A stretch of DNA of 64,000 nt, taken from positions 1,952,001 through 2,016,000 of the forward strand of contig CBDDDZ010000005.1 in the NCBI GenBank assembly GCA_965226795.1. The letters are read 5' to 3'. Positions 22,659 through 36,994 of the stretch are shown piece by piece. Position numbers and translations under genes: made by a program. The first letter of the stretch is position 1, and each line of letters opens with the position of its first letter. The stretch comes from Candidatus Latescibacterota bacterium (GTDB taxonomy: Bacteria > Latescibacterota > UBA2968 > GCA-2709665). Below the pieces are notes generated by a model that worked only from the letters and a program-made list of their open reading frames with translations, had not been told where the DNA came from and did not search any database.

Positions 22659-25954
<3,296 letters not shown>

Positions 25955-25979
25955 AAGATGTCTTCCTTGTTGACGAAAT

Positions 25980-28211
25980 TCATATGCGGGCGAGCACCTG
26001 TTCGAACCACAGGATGGCCGCCTCGCCCTCTTTTCGCGTAACCTCGTCGACAGATCGACTGTGGCGTATGCCGTTTCGGAGTTCTGCCAACTGGCCGAAC
26101 TTCGCAGACAGCGTCTCCTTATTCACGAATCTCTTCTCGAAATCGTGCCAGAGACTCTTGCTGAGGATGGTATCCTGTAACTCACGCAGATCACAGTACT
26201 CAAGACGTCGGCTCAGTTGCCTGTACTGATCGAGTTCGATGTTGGCGTTCTTCCTTGCAGCAGTCTGGATGCGTTCATCAGCTTTCTGAAGCACGTGCGG
26301 CGGAAGCCGCCCAGCATCGTCTTCGAGTGTTGCGATCACTTGTTCGCGGACAGCGAGCTCAATACCCTCGACCCGTTCGTCCAACTCGCGTAACTGGGGC
26401 GACAGATCGATCCTCTCCTTGATCAGCAGGTTCTCGATCGCCTCCAATAACGTACGCTGGCGCTCGGCAATGAAGGCCTCGTAGTCGTCGGAAGTGAACG
26501 GCTTGCGCAACAGTACGTCCAGGGCCGCCGGTGAGATGAAGTGCGACTCGAGCACGCTGCGCATGGCGTTCGCTCCACTCTGCTCGATCAGCTCCGGCAA
26601 ATATTCGTTCGGGAACCGGTCGCGAATGACCTGTCGATTCGTCTCGGCAGTGAGCGGTGTGCGGTTCAGAATGGAGTGGATCAATCCATCAATTCCGAGT
26701 TCTCTCGCCATCGATGCCGGAATGATGTGATGATCGTCCAGATCATCGTGTTGAGGCACATTTCCGCTCATCCAGTCACGCGCGCCTTGAATAACCAACA
26801 GATTGAAGATGCCGTTATAGACCGACGTGCCGCGCCTGACTTCACGGCGAAGCTCTAAACTCCTGAAGCGCATTCCAAATTCCTGGATCAGCCCAGGTTC
26901 GCTCGCGTCGTCATCCATCCAGGCCTTCAGGTCCAGGAAGTCCCGGGCCGCGGTCGACTCGACAGAACCCGAGTAGCGGTTCAGGAATACCGAGGCCCAG
27001 TACCAATGCCGAATCTTCCGTTGCGCTTGAAGCCTTTGGTTGGGGGGCAAGCCTCTGATGTGGTGTTGGATGGCAGAAAACGCCGGGATGATCGAAACGT
27101 AAGGGAGATAGTTCGAAGAGATCGCCCCGAACTCCTGAGGATGCCGTAAGAGCTTGATCGCACTCTCAATTGCATCGACGGCATCGTTCCAACGATGCGT
27201 GAATGCCGTCGTGTCAGGAACGAGGACTTCCTTGTGGCGTGTCCCATCGGGATCTCGAATCGGTTTCTCCTGTCCGGGAAGAAGGAAGTAGAGGTACTTT
27301 GGCGAGCAGTACCCTTGCCTGAGAATCGACATCACCTGCAAAATGTAGACGTTCATCTTGTTCGAGTCGACGAACTCGAGGCGGGCGGCAGCGTCACGCC
27401 ACATCTGCTTCAACTGCACGCCCTTCGGTCTGAGCAACGCGTTGATGAGGTCGAAGGTGTCGAGCTGAACACCTTTGCTGTTGATTTGCGTGAAAATATC
27501 ACAGACCTTGTCGATACCAAGTTGCTGATCGAGTTCAATATACGAAATCTGGTACTGATCTGTCAGGCCCTTGACGTGCTCGCCAAACGTAGAGCCATTT
27601 TCGGCATACAGAACTGCTTGCTCATATTGGCTCTCCTTGCCGGCTTGCTTGGCCTCGTCCGCAGCCTCGTTCCAGTGCTTTTTGTATCCGTCCACCCACT
27701 CATAGAACGACCACCCGCCGTCGCCGACGACAGCCAACGGAAAGATATGCTCCGCATACTGCTGCTCACGATTGGTGATGAGTTGTGTCCAGCGCTTCGA
27801 CCAATCGTATTCGAACGCGTTGTCGTACTCCTCCGCCATGAAACGGTCGATGCGGACGAAGTAATAGTACCGATTCACGCGTGTGGGCAGTGGGATGTCA
27901 GGCGCCAGAAACGCGTAGTACATGGCGGTAAGTCGCTGCTGTCCGTCCAGCACGATGTACTCGGGTTTTTTTGAACCCTCGTAGCCGTAGACTGGTTCGC
28001 AGGACAGTGCGGCAAAGTTCTCATCCTTGCCCTTCCAGAGCAGCAGGCTCCCAATGTAGTAGTCGAGGAATATCGAGCGCATGAGGTCGCGAACGTCCCA
28101 TGGTTTCCACTCGAACTCGCGCTGAAAGTCGGGAATGACGAAGCGCCCCTCCCGCAAGTGTCCAATTAGCGTGTTTAGGCTGACGTGGTCAGGTTTCTGT
28201 GCATCTTTCAT
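25980..28211 (-). CDS. GmrSD-like DUF262 + HNH (DUF1524-like) protein with C-terminal Swt1-like HEPN domain
   Basis: [17 protein letters not shown] and FTQINSKG (DUF262); DDHHIIP...SILNRTPL...N (HNH); [10 protein letters not shown] (RxxxxH). Confidence 0.85.
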   Translation of the reverse strand: MKDAQKPDHVSLNTLIGHLREGRFVIPDFQREFEWKPWDVRDLMRSIFLDYYIGSLLLWKGKDENFAALSCEPVYGYEGSKKPEYIVLDGQQRLTAMYYAFLAPDIPLPTRVNRYYYFVRIDRFMAEEYDNAFEYDWSKRWTQLITNREQQYAEHIFPLAVVGDGGWSFYEWVDGYKKHWNEAADEAKQAGKESQYEQAVLYAENGSTFGEHVKGLTDQYQISYIELDQQLGIDKVCDIFTQINSKGVQLDTFDLINALLRPKGVQLKQMWRDAAARLEFVDSNKMNVYILQVMSILRQGYCSPKYLYFLLPGQEKPIRDPDGTRHKEVLVPDTTAFTHRWNDAVDAIESAIKLLRHPQEFGAISSNYLPYVSIIPAFSAIQHHIRGLPPNQRLQAQRKIRHWYWASVFLNRYSGSVESTAARDFLDLKAWMDDDASEPGLIQEFGMRFRSLELRREVRRGTSVYNGIFNLLVIQGARDWMSGNVPQHDDLDDHHIIPASMARELGIDGLIHSILNRTPLTAETNRQVIRDRFPNEYLPELIEQSGANAMRSVLESHFISPAALDVLLRKPFTSDDYEAFIAERQRTLLEAIENLLIKERIDLSPQLRELDERVEGIELAVREQVIATLEDDAGRLPPHVLQKADERIQTAARKNANIELDQYRQLSRRLEYCDLRELQDTILSKSLWHDFEKRFVNKETLSAKFGQLAELRNGIRHSRSVDEVTRKEGEAAILWFEQVLARI

Positions 28212-28227
28212 ATGATCGTTCTCCAGT

Positions 28228-31146
28228 TCACGTCACCGCCCAGCGGATGGTGAAGAGTGCCTCCGCCTCTATTCGCTGTGCCAGCCGGCGCTCCAGCGAG
28301 TCGATGAGTTGGTCGCGCTTCTCGATGATCTGGTCCTCGGCCTTGAAGATCTCCTGGCGCTGGCGGCGTTGCTGGCGCTCGAGCTTCTGGATCTTCTCCT
28401 GAATCTCGTGCTGCTCGGCGAGCGTGGCCGCCTGCCGCGCCTGACGGCGCAAAGCCTTGATCTGCTCCTTGGTGTCCAGGAGCGCCTTCTCCGCGGAGAG
28501 CACCATGTCGTCAGCCCACCTTTCGAGCTTCTCGCGCGCCTCGTTGAAATGCGTGTTGTTCTGCTCCAGCGAGCGCGTGACCGTGGCCCGCGTGTGGCGC
28601 TGGGAGTCGCCGTCGAGACGTTGCGTCACCGCAGTCGAGATCGTGCCTGCGCCGTCGCCGTCATCGGCGATTCGGCCTGCACAACCGAACAGCTTCTCCA
28701 TCGTCTCCTGGTCGAGCGGCACTCCGGCCTCATCGAAACCGGAGAAAAGCAGGTACTCCTCCCGCTCATAGGAGTCGATCATAAGGCGAGTCAGCCTCAG
28801 ATAACCGGCTTTCCCGCGCAGTGCCTCGATCACGTGGAGACGCGTCGGATGGCTGGTCACGTCGAAGACGATTCGCTCGGGCGGGGTGGAAAGCGCTTTT
28901 GCACCGTCCACGACATGCTCGCCGAGCGGGTGCGCCAAGCGATACAGGAAGACACCCTGGGTCTCGTCGCCGTCCTCATCGGCGCCTGTTCCAGACTTGG
29001 GATGTGACTTCGAGATCAAGTGGTATCGCCCTTTGAGGATCTCGGGACGGGGCGGGAGCTCCAGATCGAAGGCCAGCGCCGCGTCGTCGAACCGTGCCCG
29101 CCCATCGAGCATGAAGCGCGTGAGCGACCAGAACCGCCTACCCACGCGGTCGAGCTGGGCCTGGGCGTCGGCAAGCTGGAGGCGGAGCCGCTGGTGCACG
29201 TCCTCGTCGAAGTGCTCGAAGAGCGTGCGACGGGTGTCGTCGAGCCGCGTTCGGATCTGCTCGTCCATCTCGGCTTGCAGCGTGCGGAAGGCGGCGTCGA
29301 TCTCTTCGGGTGTGCGGCACTGCTGGTAGATGCCCAGGATGCGCTTTTCGAAATCGACACCCGATTCGATGCTGCCGAGCACCTCGTCCGAAGCGCCGAA
29401 AACACCGTTGAAGAGGCTGAACTTCTCGGTTAGAAGCTCCAGGACGCGGCGGTCGGCGTCGTTGCGTTCATTCAGGAAGTTGATCACGACCACGTCGTGC
29501 TTCTGTCCGTAGCGGTGGCACCGGCCGATGCGCTGCTCGATGCGCTGCGGGTTCCAGGGAAGGTCGTAGTTCACGACGAGCGAGCAGAACTGGAGGTTGA
29601 TGCCTTCCGCCGCCGCCTCGGTAGCGAGCAGGATAATTGCCTCGTCCCGGAAGTGCTCGATGAGCGCCGTGCGTACGTCCACCGCCCGCGAGCCTGAGGC
29701 ACGGCCGGTGTCGCGGTTCTCTTCTGCCCAGCGCTGGTAGATCGCGCTGGCCTCCGGCCCACCATTCGTGCCGTTGAAGAGGACGACCTGCCCCCGGTAG
29801 CCATGCGATTCGAGGAAGCCCTTCAGGTACTCCTGGGTCCGACGCGACTCGGTGAAGATCAGCGCCTTGCGCGCGGCGCCCGTCGTGACCATCTGCTCGA
29901 AACCGATCTCCAGCGCCTTGAGCAATGCCTGGGTCTTGGTGTCGATGCCGATGGCGCGCGCCCAAGTGGCGAGACGCTGGAGGACGCCGATCTCCTCTCG
30001 CAGCTTCTGCCGGTCTACGGCGACCGGATGCGCGGGGGGCTGGTCAGCGTCCTCGCTCTCCACGAGGATCTCGTCGAGCAGATCGTCCTCGATTTCCTCG
30101 GCCTCGATGAGTTGCTCCGGGAACTCGGGATCGCTGCTCGCCTGTTCGTCATGCAGCGTCTCGAGGCGTGCCCTCAACGTGTCGAGTGTGGCAGCAATGG
30201 CCTGCGACGACGAGGCGAGCAACTTCCGTAGAATCAAGGCTGTGAGATGCCTCTGCCTCTGGGGGAGTGCGTAACTGTCCTCTCGCTGAAGAAAGCCGGA
30301 AACCGCCTCGTAAAGCGCGTGTTCCTCGTCCGTCGGCTTGAATGGCCGCGTGATCGGGCGCCGCTCCGTGTACCGGATGTACTCCATCACTTCGTTGCGG
30401 AGGGTACGCTTACAAAAGACCGAAAGCCGCTGCTGTAGGGCTTCCAGGTTGCTGCCTGCACTGGCGTACTGAGACCGGAACGAGTTGACATCGCCAAAGA
30501 GACGCTCGTCGATGAGCGTCGAGAGGCCGTACAGCTCAAGGAGTGAGTTCTGCAGCGGCGTCGCGGTCAGAAGCAGTTTGCGACAGTCCTCCGTGGCCCA
30601 GCGGATTCCCTGACCAACCTTGTTCCTCGGACGGTACGCGTTGCGCAGCTTGTGGGCTTCGTCGATGACGACGAGGTCCCAGGCAATCGTCTTGAGTTCC
30701 TCACGCAGGCGGTTCGCATAGTGGTGCGACATAACGACGACGGCATTTGCGCCAAGCGGTGTTTGGCCGCTTCGCCTGGCTTCGCGATAGACCTTCGCGT
30801 CGAGCACCTGCACGGGCAGATTGAACTTCTCCTCCAACTCCAGCGCCCACTGCTTGCGGATGGAAGCCGGGCAGATCACCAGCAGACGGCGCTTGCGTTC
30901 CGCCCAGAACTGACACAGCACAATTCCCGCCTCGATCGTCTTCCCGAGGCCGACCTCGTCGGCCAGGATAACGCCCTTGGAGAGGGGCGATTGCAGGGCG
31001 AAGAGGGCTGCCTCGATCTGATGCGGGTTCAGGTCGACGGCCGCGTCGAATAGCGCCATCGACAGGCGGTCCATTCCGCTGGCGGCACGACGCGTCAGAT
31101 CGTGAGCGAAATACTTCGCGTGGTGAGGGGTGAGCGTCAACTGCAT
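28228..31146 (-). CDS. SNF2/RapA-family helicase
   Basis: LADEVGLGKT, IDEAH, LTATPLQN, EGINLQ, DLPWNPQRIEQRIGRCHR; C-terminal coiled coil. Confidence 0.92.
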   Translation of the reverse strand: MQLTLTPHHAKYFAHDLTRRAASGMDRLSMALFDAAVDLNPHQIEAALFALQSPLSKGVILADEVGLGKTIEAGIVLCQFWAERKRRLLVICPASIRKQWALELEEKFNLPVQVLDAKVYREARRSGQTPLGANAVVVMSHHYANRLREELKTIAWDLVVIDEAHKLRNAYRPRNKVGQGIRWATEDCRKLLLTATPLQNSLLELYGLSTLIDERLFGDVNSFRSQYASAGSNLEALQQRLSVFCKRTLRNEVMEYIRYTERRPITRPFKPTDEEHALYEAVSGFLQREDSYALPQRQRHLTALILRKLLASSSQAIAATLDTLRARLETLHDEQASSDPEFPEQLIEAEEIEDDLLDEILVESEDADQPPAHPVAVDRQKLREEIGVLQRLATWARAIGIDTKTQALLKALEIGFEQMVTTGAARKALIFTESRRTQEYLKGFLESHGYRGQVVLFNGTNGGPEASAIYQRWAEENRDTGRASGSRAVDVRTALIEHFRDEAIILLATEAAAEGINLQFCSLVVNYDLPWNPQRIEQRIGRCHRYGQKHDVVVINFLNERNDADRRVLELLTEKFSLFNGVFGASDEVLGSIESGVDFEKRILGIYQQCRTPEEIDAAFRTLQAEMDEQIRTRLDDTRRTLFEHFDEDVHQRLRLQLADAQAQLDRVGRRFWSLTRFMLDGRARFDDAALAFDLELPPRPEILKGRYHLISKSHPKSGTGADEDGDETQGVFLYRLAHPLGEHVVDGAKALSTPPERIVFDVTSHPTRLHVIEALRGKAGYLRLTRLMIDSYEREEYLLFSGFDEAGVPLDQETMEKLFGCAGRIADDGDGAGTISTAVTQRLDGDSQRHTRATVTRSLEQNNTHFNEAREKLERWADDMVLSAEKALLDTKEQIKALRRQARQAATLAEQHEIQEKIQKLERQQRRQRQEIFKAEDQIIEKRDQLIDSLERRLAQRIEAEALFTIRWAVT

Positions 31147-31256
31147 GGCTGCACCCAGACGAAGTTGGCGTAGGGCGGTTTGGCGGGCATGTAGTCGGCC
31201 CTTATGCCGGCACGGCTGCGGTCGTTGTCGAACGTGTCCGCGTGCGCGATCTCGCC

Positions 31257-31446
31257 ATGAAGTCGAGGATTCATCCGAAGTACAAGACCAGATATCGCGT
31301 TGGGAATTGGCGGGCGTAAAAGCGAGCGCTCGTGCAGCGCGGCGATGTAGCGCTGTGGCACTCTGGCGATGCGAAGGACGCGTGCAGACCGCCGCCGTCG
31401 GGTCACCCCGAGGGTCAGAAACGGTTCTCCGATTTCGCGATCAAGA
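31257..31446 (+). pseudogene. IS5-family (IS903-group-like) transposase N-terminal remnant
   Basis: My translation: MKSRIHPKYKTRYRVGNWRA*KRALVQRGDVALW...GHPEGQKRFSDFAIK; internal stop and truncation. Not called in the ORF track. Confidence 0.75.
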
Positions 31447-31618
31447 AGATGACGAAGACCGGCCGCCGGCGGTGGAAGAAAGCGTCGGGCGAGGATGCTA
31501 CCATGAGCGGAAAGCTGAGCGAACCCGCCACGCCCGTCGGGAATTGAGCATAGAAAGGATACTGTATGATCTACGAATCCGCATAACGCGTCTAGAATGA
31601 ATACTTTGCAAGGATTAT

Positions 31619-31709
<91 letters not shown>

Positions 31710-31798
31710 GCCTCAAACGCGTTGAGCCACCGCCCCTGACACCCCTTCCGTGTTGCACATCTCACAACCCGATTTTCGCCACATGCTGAATCGCGAGG

Positions 31799-32275
31799 TT
31801 ACGACTTCTGCTGACGCAGTGTTTGAAAAAATTGCTTCAGAATCTCAGAACAGGGCGCTTCGAGCACGCCTCGGCGAACGTCGATCCGATGGTTAAGCCT
31901 CGGGTCATCGACGACGTTCCGCAGCGAACCGCAGGCGCCCGTTTTCGGGTCGTCGGCGCCGATCACCAGACGGGACACCCGAGCCAGCACGAGCGCGCCC
32001 GCGCACATGGCGCACGGCTCCAGCGTGACGTAGACCACGCAATCCGTCAGCCACATCATTCCGGTGCCCGACGTTGCGGAACGAATGGCCATCATCTCCG
32101 CGTGCGCCGTGGGATCGCCGTCTCTCAGAATACGGTTCTGCCCCCGCCCGACCACCGTTCCGTTCTGAAGAATCACCGCCCCGACCGGCACTTCACCGGC
32201 ATCGCCGGCGCAACGGGCCTCGGCCAGCGCCAGTTGCATTCCGGCTTCGTCCGCATCCGTCAATTCGCGCACCAT
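31799..32275 (-). CDS. tadA: tRNA adenosine(34) deaminase
   Basis: EVPVGAV, DPTAHAE, VTLEPCAMCAGA, DPKTGACGS, LNH. Confidence 0.97.
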   Translation of the reverse strand: MVRELTDADEAGMQLALAEARCAGDAGEVPVGAVILQNGTVVGRGQNRILRDGDPTAHAEMMAIRSATSGTGMMWLTDCVVYVTLEPCAMCAGALVLARVSRLVIGADDPKTGACGSLRNVVDDPRLNHRIDVRRGVLEAPCSEILKQFFQTLRQQKS

Positions 32276-32427
32276 TCAGGCGAAAAATCGTCTACCGAAA
32301 AACCTCTAAATAGCTGGACAATAATACCGATTTACGGGTTTGGCGTCAACCATTTTCCGCTGGTACGGCGGTTTGCCGCACGGGCGTTTCCAGAACAAAG
32401 ACCCTCCGGACTTTCCATTGAAAAGAG

Positions 32428-33753
32428 TCATCCTGCAGCGCCCAACTTCATCGCAAAGAAAGGCACCAGCATTTCCCGCTCGTGCAACCCGCCGTGGCGG
32501 CCGCCAACCAGATCTGACGGTACGGCGTCGTCCCTGTAGGCGTGAAACAGCGTTGTGCTGCCGCGCATCAGCGCAAGGAGATCGCCGATCCTGCCGGAAA
32601 GTCCCGCCGCGCGCGGCCCCTCCCCCCACAGGCCATCGGCGAGCGCGCGCTCGGTTTCCACAACACATGCCCGGTCCGCCAACCCGCGCTTCAGGGCGGA
32701 TTTTACTTCTTGCGTCGCACCGTCGCGCACGTGGAAATACGCTCCCCGCGCCGTCCCGGTAGGCGGCGCCGCGAGCCGGCCCTCCAGCCCCTCCAGCGTG
32801 GCAACGGGCACAATATCCGTCTCGTCGACCTGAATGTGCCCGTGGTCCGCGAGAAGCATGAAGGCGGCGCTCACTTCCTGTCCGTCGAGAGGCGCAATCA
32901 GTTCTCTTTCTATCGAGTAGCCCAGACTGCAGATCTCTCCCGCGGGTTCTTCCCCCCCGGCGCCGTACCGATGCTGAATCGTATCCAGCGTATCCGTGTA
33001 CAGCCAGATACACGCCGGCTGACCCGGATCCGTAGTCACCATTCTTCGAACCTGGATGAACAGATCCGACGCATTCACGAACGGGATTACGTCGGTGGCG
33101 CCGTCGTACAACATCTCGGACAGGCCGCTGTGCGCCAGCGAGCGATGAATCATGCAATAGGATGACACCCCCGCCCCGGTCAAGAGCCTGTGCACGGTGG
33201 GCACGCCCAGCAAGTCCCGGGCGTCTCCGCTGTTTGGCAACATCCGGCCGAGACGTTCGTCCACCTCCGGACTCAACCGGATCATATTCGCCACGTATCC
33301 CCTGTCTGGCAGGTACATCCGGTAGCCCGCGACGCCATGTCCGGCCGGAGGCAGCCCCGTGTGAAACGACGAAAGCACCGCCGCCGTGGTGGATGGAAAA
33401 ACCGACGTGAGCGGCACGAACCTCCCGCGGTCCGCCAGCGTCCCGAACCCCGGCACCGGCCCCGATTCCATCACTTTCGTCAGCGTGAGATAGCCCAGCG
33501 CGTCTACCAGCGCGATCACCAGTTTCCCGGCGCCCTCCAGCTCGCCGCCCACCACCTCCGTGGCCAGCCCCGGCGACCTGACCGCGCCGATGCCGAAATG
33601 CCGCAGCACCGTGGGCGCCACATTCGCCACGCTGTACCCGTCGTACGCCGGCCACACGAACTCATCCGGCAACGGCGTATCTCCGATACTGCCAGGCCGC
33701 TGCAATCGCTTCAATATCTGCTGTGCAATCGGATTCATTCCATCTCCGGACAA
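32428..33753 (-). CDS. Alkaline phosphatase superfamily nucleotide pyrophosphatase/phosphodiesterase
   Basis: VDALG, TSVFPSTT, DTIQH, ADHGH and HGG metal-binding motifs. Confidence 0.88.
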   Translation of the reverse strand: MSGDGMNPIAQQILKRLQRPGSIGDTPLPDEFVWPAYDGYSVANVAPTVLRHFGIGAVRSPGLATEVVGGELEGAGKLVIALVDALGYLTLTKVMESGPVPGFGTLADRGRFVPLTSVFPSTTAAVLSSFHTGLPPAGHGVAGYRMYLPDRGYVANMIRLSPEVDERLGRMLPNSGDARDLLGVPTVHRLLTGAGVSSYCMIHRSLAHSGLSEMLYDGATDVIPFVNASDLFIQVRRMVTTDPGQPACIWLYTDTLDTIQHRYGAGGEEPAGEICSLGYSIERELIAPLDGQEVSAAFMLLADHGHIQVDETDIVPVATLEGLEGRLAAPPTGTARGAYFHVRDGATQEVKSALKRGLADRACVVETERALADGLWGEGPRAAGLSGRIGDLLALMRGSTTLFHAYRDDAVPSDLVGGRHGGLHEREMLVPFFAMKLGAAG

Positions 33754-33915
33754 AGGGGTTCACTGTCTCCAAAAACAAGCCCCAAAATAGACCGCACCTG
33801 GCATAATGTCAAGGCCGAATCCCGGCACACAAGCGCCATCCGCGCCCTCTCTCGTGAACGCGCGAAACCGTCCATTTCACTGCGGCGACGAGGGCGGCTT
33901 TTGCCGATTTTGTGC

Positions 33916-33944
33916 TTGACACCACAATCCCCTTGTGGTAAGTT
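33916..33944 (+). promoter_or_regulatory. Sigma70-type promoter of tRNA-Asn
   Basis: TTGACA-17 nt-TAAGTT, 24 nt upstream of the tRNA. Confidence 0.7.
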
Positions 33945-33968
33945 CTTCCCGCTCTTGGATTACAGGGT

Positions 33969-34044
33969 TCCGGCGTAGCTCAGCTGGCAGAGCGGGTGGC
34001 TGTTAACCACTAGGTCGTAGGTTCGAGTCCTACCGCCGGAGCCA
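33969..34044 (+). tRNA. tRNA-Asn(GTT)
   Basis: 76-nt TCCGGCG...CGCCGGAGCCA; anticodon loop CTGTTAA. Confidence 0.97.
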
Positions 34045-34084
34045 TTTTCCTTTGTCGTCTTCCTGCCCCCTGCATACCAACACG

Positions 34085-34118
34085 AGACCCCGCGGCGAAA
34101 TGCCTGCGGGGTCTTTTT
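34085..34118 (+). terminator. Intrinsic terminator after tRNA-Asn
   Basis: AGACCCCGC...GCGGGGTCT stem followed by a T run. Confidence 0.8.
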
Positions 34119-34245
34119 GTATCCAATTTTTTCTTAATGGTTTACGCCCGGCTGCTCATACTTCCTGATTGTCCGGATGACATGTCGCGGACGCATCCAT
34201 TTCGGGTTTGGTCCGATACCGACCGTTCCTACTCTGGAGAGGGGC

Positions 34246-34590
34246 CTACGCTTCGACGCGTAGTCGTCCGGACCGCTCCTGCTGGGATTCACGGATGACG
34301 ATGTCCACGTCGCGCCCAAGCGTCGTCAGAAGGCGCAGGAGCCGCTCCATGGAGTACTCCCGAAAGTTGCCTCGCAGCAGACGCGACACATCGGGTTGAG
34401 ACAGCCCGAGCAGTTTCGCCGCCTCCACCTGCTTGAGGCCGCGCTGGCGAATAATCCTGTCGATCCGCGTGACCAGCTCGGCTTTGAGCAGGTGCGCGTC
34501 GGCATCCGGGATTCCCAGATCAGCGAATACGTTTCCGCTGCCGCGTTCGATCTTCACTTTGTCGGTCTTCATCGATCTACCCTCCGCCAT
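34246..34590 (-). CDS. XRE/HTH antitoxin (HigA-like)
   Basis: GSGNVFADLG, LKQVEAAKLLGLSQPDVSRL, YSMERLL; overlaps the toxin gene. Confidence 0.9.
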   Translation of the reverse strand: MAEGRSMKTDKVKIERGSGNVFADLGIPDADAHLLKAELVTRIDRIIRQRGLKQVEAAKLLGLSQPDVSRLLRGNFREYSMERLLRLLTTLGRDVDIVIRESQQERSGRLRVEA

Positions 34591-34945
34591 AGTTCTCGCG
34601 ATAGTGTTGCTCTGCCGCTTTCAACCTAAGCCTGATCAGGTCGATTTCCCACTTCGGGGTTGCGATGCCCCGCCTGGCTTTCTTCTGGAAGGCATGCAGC
34701 ACGTAGATGGCTGCCCTGAACCGGACCGTGTACACCGTCCGAAAGGTACCACCTTCGTGACGCGAGATGACTTCCAAAACGTTACTTCCCAAGCCTCTGA
34801 GTGGCTTGACGTCACGGTGTCTGAGTCCGACCTGTGCCTGATATAGCGCATAGCCGACTATACCCTGCACGGCCTTCGGAAACGACATGAGATCGGTTTT
34901 GCTGGAGCCAATCCATTCGACAGGTTTGGGTGTCTCAGCGGACAT
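34577..34945 (-). CDS. RelE/ParE-superfamily toxin (Gp49/DUF891-like)
   Basis: WIGSSK.DL..FP, FRTVYTV, IYVLHAFQKK. Confidence 0.9.
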   Translation of the reverse strand: MSAETPKPVEWIGSSKTDLMSFPKAVQGIVGYALYQAQVGLRHRDVKPLRGLGSNVLEVISRHEGGTFRTVYTVRFRAAIYVLHAFQKKARRGIATPKWEIDLIRLRLKAAEQHYRENYGGG

Positions 34946-34950
34946 TTCTC

Positions 34951-34979
34951 AATATAGTGAATCCACCATATCTGTGCAA
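34951..34979 (-). promoter_or_regulatory. Toxin-antitoxin promoter with operator, probably leaderless
   Basis: TTGCAC-17 nt-TATATT, then 5 nt, then ATG; imperfect palindrome ATATGGTG-GATT-CACTATAT. Confidence 0.6.
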
Positions 34980-35272
34980 GCCTTATTGTTCGCGCGCACG
35001 GTTGGCGGCGGAGCCTGTCGCGGCTGCCTGCAACGCGCCAGGCATCTCCAATACGTTTTTCAAAGCGCCGGGATCCGCCTTACGTCCCATATCGGCGCGG
35101 TTTTTTTGGCGTTTGCCCAACTTCGGAATTGACCTGAACCCGTTGAGATCATATATAGTTAGTACTCTTTCGATATCCGGTCCGCTTCTGTTCGAAGATG
35201 AACCGGATTCGCCGTTGGATGTCCGATATCAATGTCAAGTGCTGCCTTGATGTACTATGGAGATTAAAACGC

Positions 35273-36922
35273 GTGCCTGAAATCGACTATCTCAAGGATC
35301 TGATAATCGTACTCGGCTCGGCGGTGCTGGTCGCAACCGTACTGCGGCGCGCGGGGATCCCATCGATCGCCGGGCTGATTCTGGCGGGTCTGCTGGCCGG
35401 ACCCACGGCGCTGGGCCTCGTCGACGACACCCACCAGGTGGAGGTGCTGGCAGAGATCGGAATCGTCCTCCTGCTCTTCGGGATCGGTCTGGAACTCTCA
35501 CTGAGCCATATGCGGCGCCTCTGGAAAGCCATCCTGCTGGGCGGAGGCATCCAGGTGACCGCCACCATCGTCTGCACCGCGGCTGCGGCAAGCTGGTTCG
35601 GTCTTGCGACTGGCCCAGCGGTGTTTCTGGGCTTTATTGTCGCCGTTTCCAGCACGGCCATTGTCCTGCGAGGCCTTTCCGCGCGGGGTGAACTCGATGC
35701 GCCGCACGGTCGCCTGGCCGTTGGCATCCTGATTTTCCAGGACCTGTGCGTGATTCCGATGATCCTCGTAGTGCCTTTTCTGGCCGGACAGGAAAGCTCC
35801 GCGCGGGAAATCGCGTTGGCAGCCGCCACAGGCCTCGCCATCCTGGTAGGTGTGCTCGTTGCAGCCAACCGCGTTGTTCCATTTATACTCGCATTCGTGG
35901 CCAGGACGAGGGAGAGAGAATTATTTATTCTGACCGTCTTTCTCGTCTGTTTTGGAATTGCCTGGGCGCTTTCGCTGGCGGGACTCTCGCTGGCGCTGGG
36001 TGCGTTCCTGGCGGGCCTGATCGTCGCAGGAAGCGAGTTTCGTCACCAGGCAATGTCGGACCTGATTCCCGTGCGCGAAGCCTTCACCAGCCTGTTCTTC
36101 GTTTCCGTGGGCATGCTGCTGGACGTTTCGGAAGTGTTCGCGCACCTTCTGCCGACGCTCGGGCTCTGCGCCGTTATTCTCGTGGGCAAATTCGCCATCG
36201 TGCTTGGAATGGGCCTCGTGCTTCGGCTGCCGCTGCGCGTAGCGATCCAGTCCGCGGCCACACTGTGCCAAATCGGCGAGTTTTCGTTCGTGCTCCTGAA
36301 GGCAGCCTCGGGAACCAGCCTCCTCGATCCCACACTATCCCACAACCTCCTGGTGGCGATCATCCTGTCCATGTTGCTCACACCAATGGCCATCGCATTC
36401 GCCCCGCACTTGGCGCTCGGCGTAAGCCGCATCCCATGGCTCAACCGGATTCTGGGTGCCGAGCCTCCCGGAATCGATTCCCACGAACCGTACAGCGACC
36501 ACGTTATCGTCGCCGGGTACGGCCGTGCGGGCAGAGAAGTCTGTCGGACGGCTCGAAACGCGGGGTTCGCCTGTGTTGCAGTTGACGTGAACGTCGACAA
36601 TGTCCGCAAGGCAAAAGCGGCGGGAGACCTGGCCGTGTACGGTGACGTGACGCAGAGGGAAGTCCTCGAGTACCTCGGTTGCAAGGATGCGCGCCTTGTT
36701 GTGGTAACCATCAACGACACACGTGCTACCGAGATCGCCGTCCGCGCGATCCGCGCCGCGGCTCCCGACATCCCCATCGTCGCGCGCACCCTTTACGACA
36801 TGGACGAAAACTCGCTGCGGGACGCAGGCGCCACCCGGGTCATCACGGCGGAAGCGACGACCAGTGACGTGGTCGTCAACACATGCCTTGCGGAACTGGA
36901 ATCGGGAAAGATGAAGGCGTAG
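35273..36922 (+). CDS. CPA2 cation:proton antiporter with TrkA-N/KTN domain (Kef-like)
   Basis: LAEIGIVLLLFGIGLE, SSTAIVL, LIFQD, FFVSVGM, QIGEFSFVL, VAGYGRAG; GTG start after GGAG. Confidence 0.93.
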   Translation: MPEIDYLKDLIIVLGSAVLVATVLRRAGIPSIAGLILAGLLAGPTALGLVDDTHQVEVLAEIGIVLLLFGIGLELSLSHMRRLWKAILLGGGIQVTATIVCTAAAASWFGLATGPAVFLGFIVAVSSTAIVLRGLSARGELDAPHGRLAVGILIFQDLCVIPMILVVPFLAGQESSAREIALAAATGLAILVGVLVAANRVVPFILAFVARTRERELFILTVFLVCFGIAWALSLAGLSLALGAFLAGLIVAGSEFRHQAMSDLIPVREAFTSLFFVSVGMLLDVSEVFAHLLPTLGLCAVILVGKFAIVLGMGLVLRLPLRVAIQSAATLCQIGEFSFVLLKAASGTSLLDPTLSHNLLVAIILSMLLTPMAIAFAPHLALGVSRIPWLNRILGAEPPGIDSHEPYSDHVIVAGYGRAGREVCRTARNAGFACVAVDVNVDNVRKAKAAGDLAVYGDVTQREVLEYLGCKDARLVVVTINDTRATEIAVRAIRAAAPDIPIVARTLYDMDENSLRDAGATRVITAEATTSDVVVNTCLAELESGKMKA

Positions 36923-36994
36923 GCAGGGTAACGACGGAAAACGTCGAATGACGGATTATGCTCCGGGCCTGTGAGGTAACTTCGCTCTGCCTTA

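Noticed and set aside
32428..33753. Alkaline-phosphatase-fold gene as BREX PglZ
   Set aside because: It lies outside the island among core genes, is short, and has no BREX neighbours.
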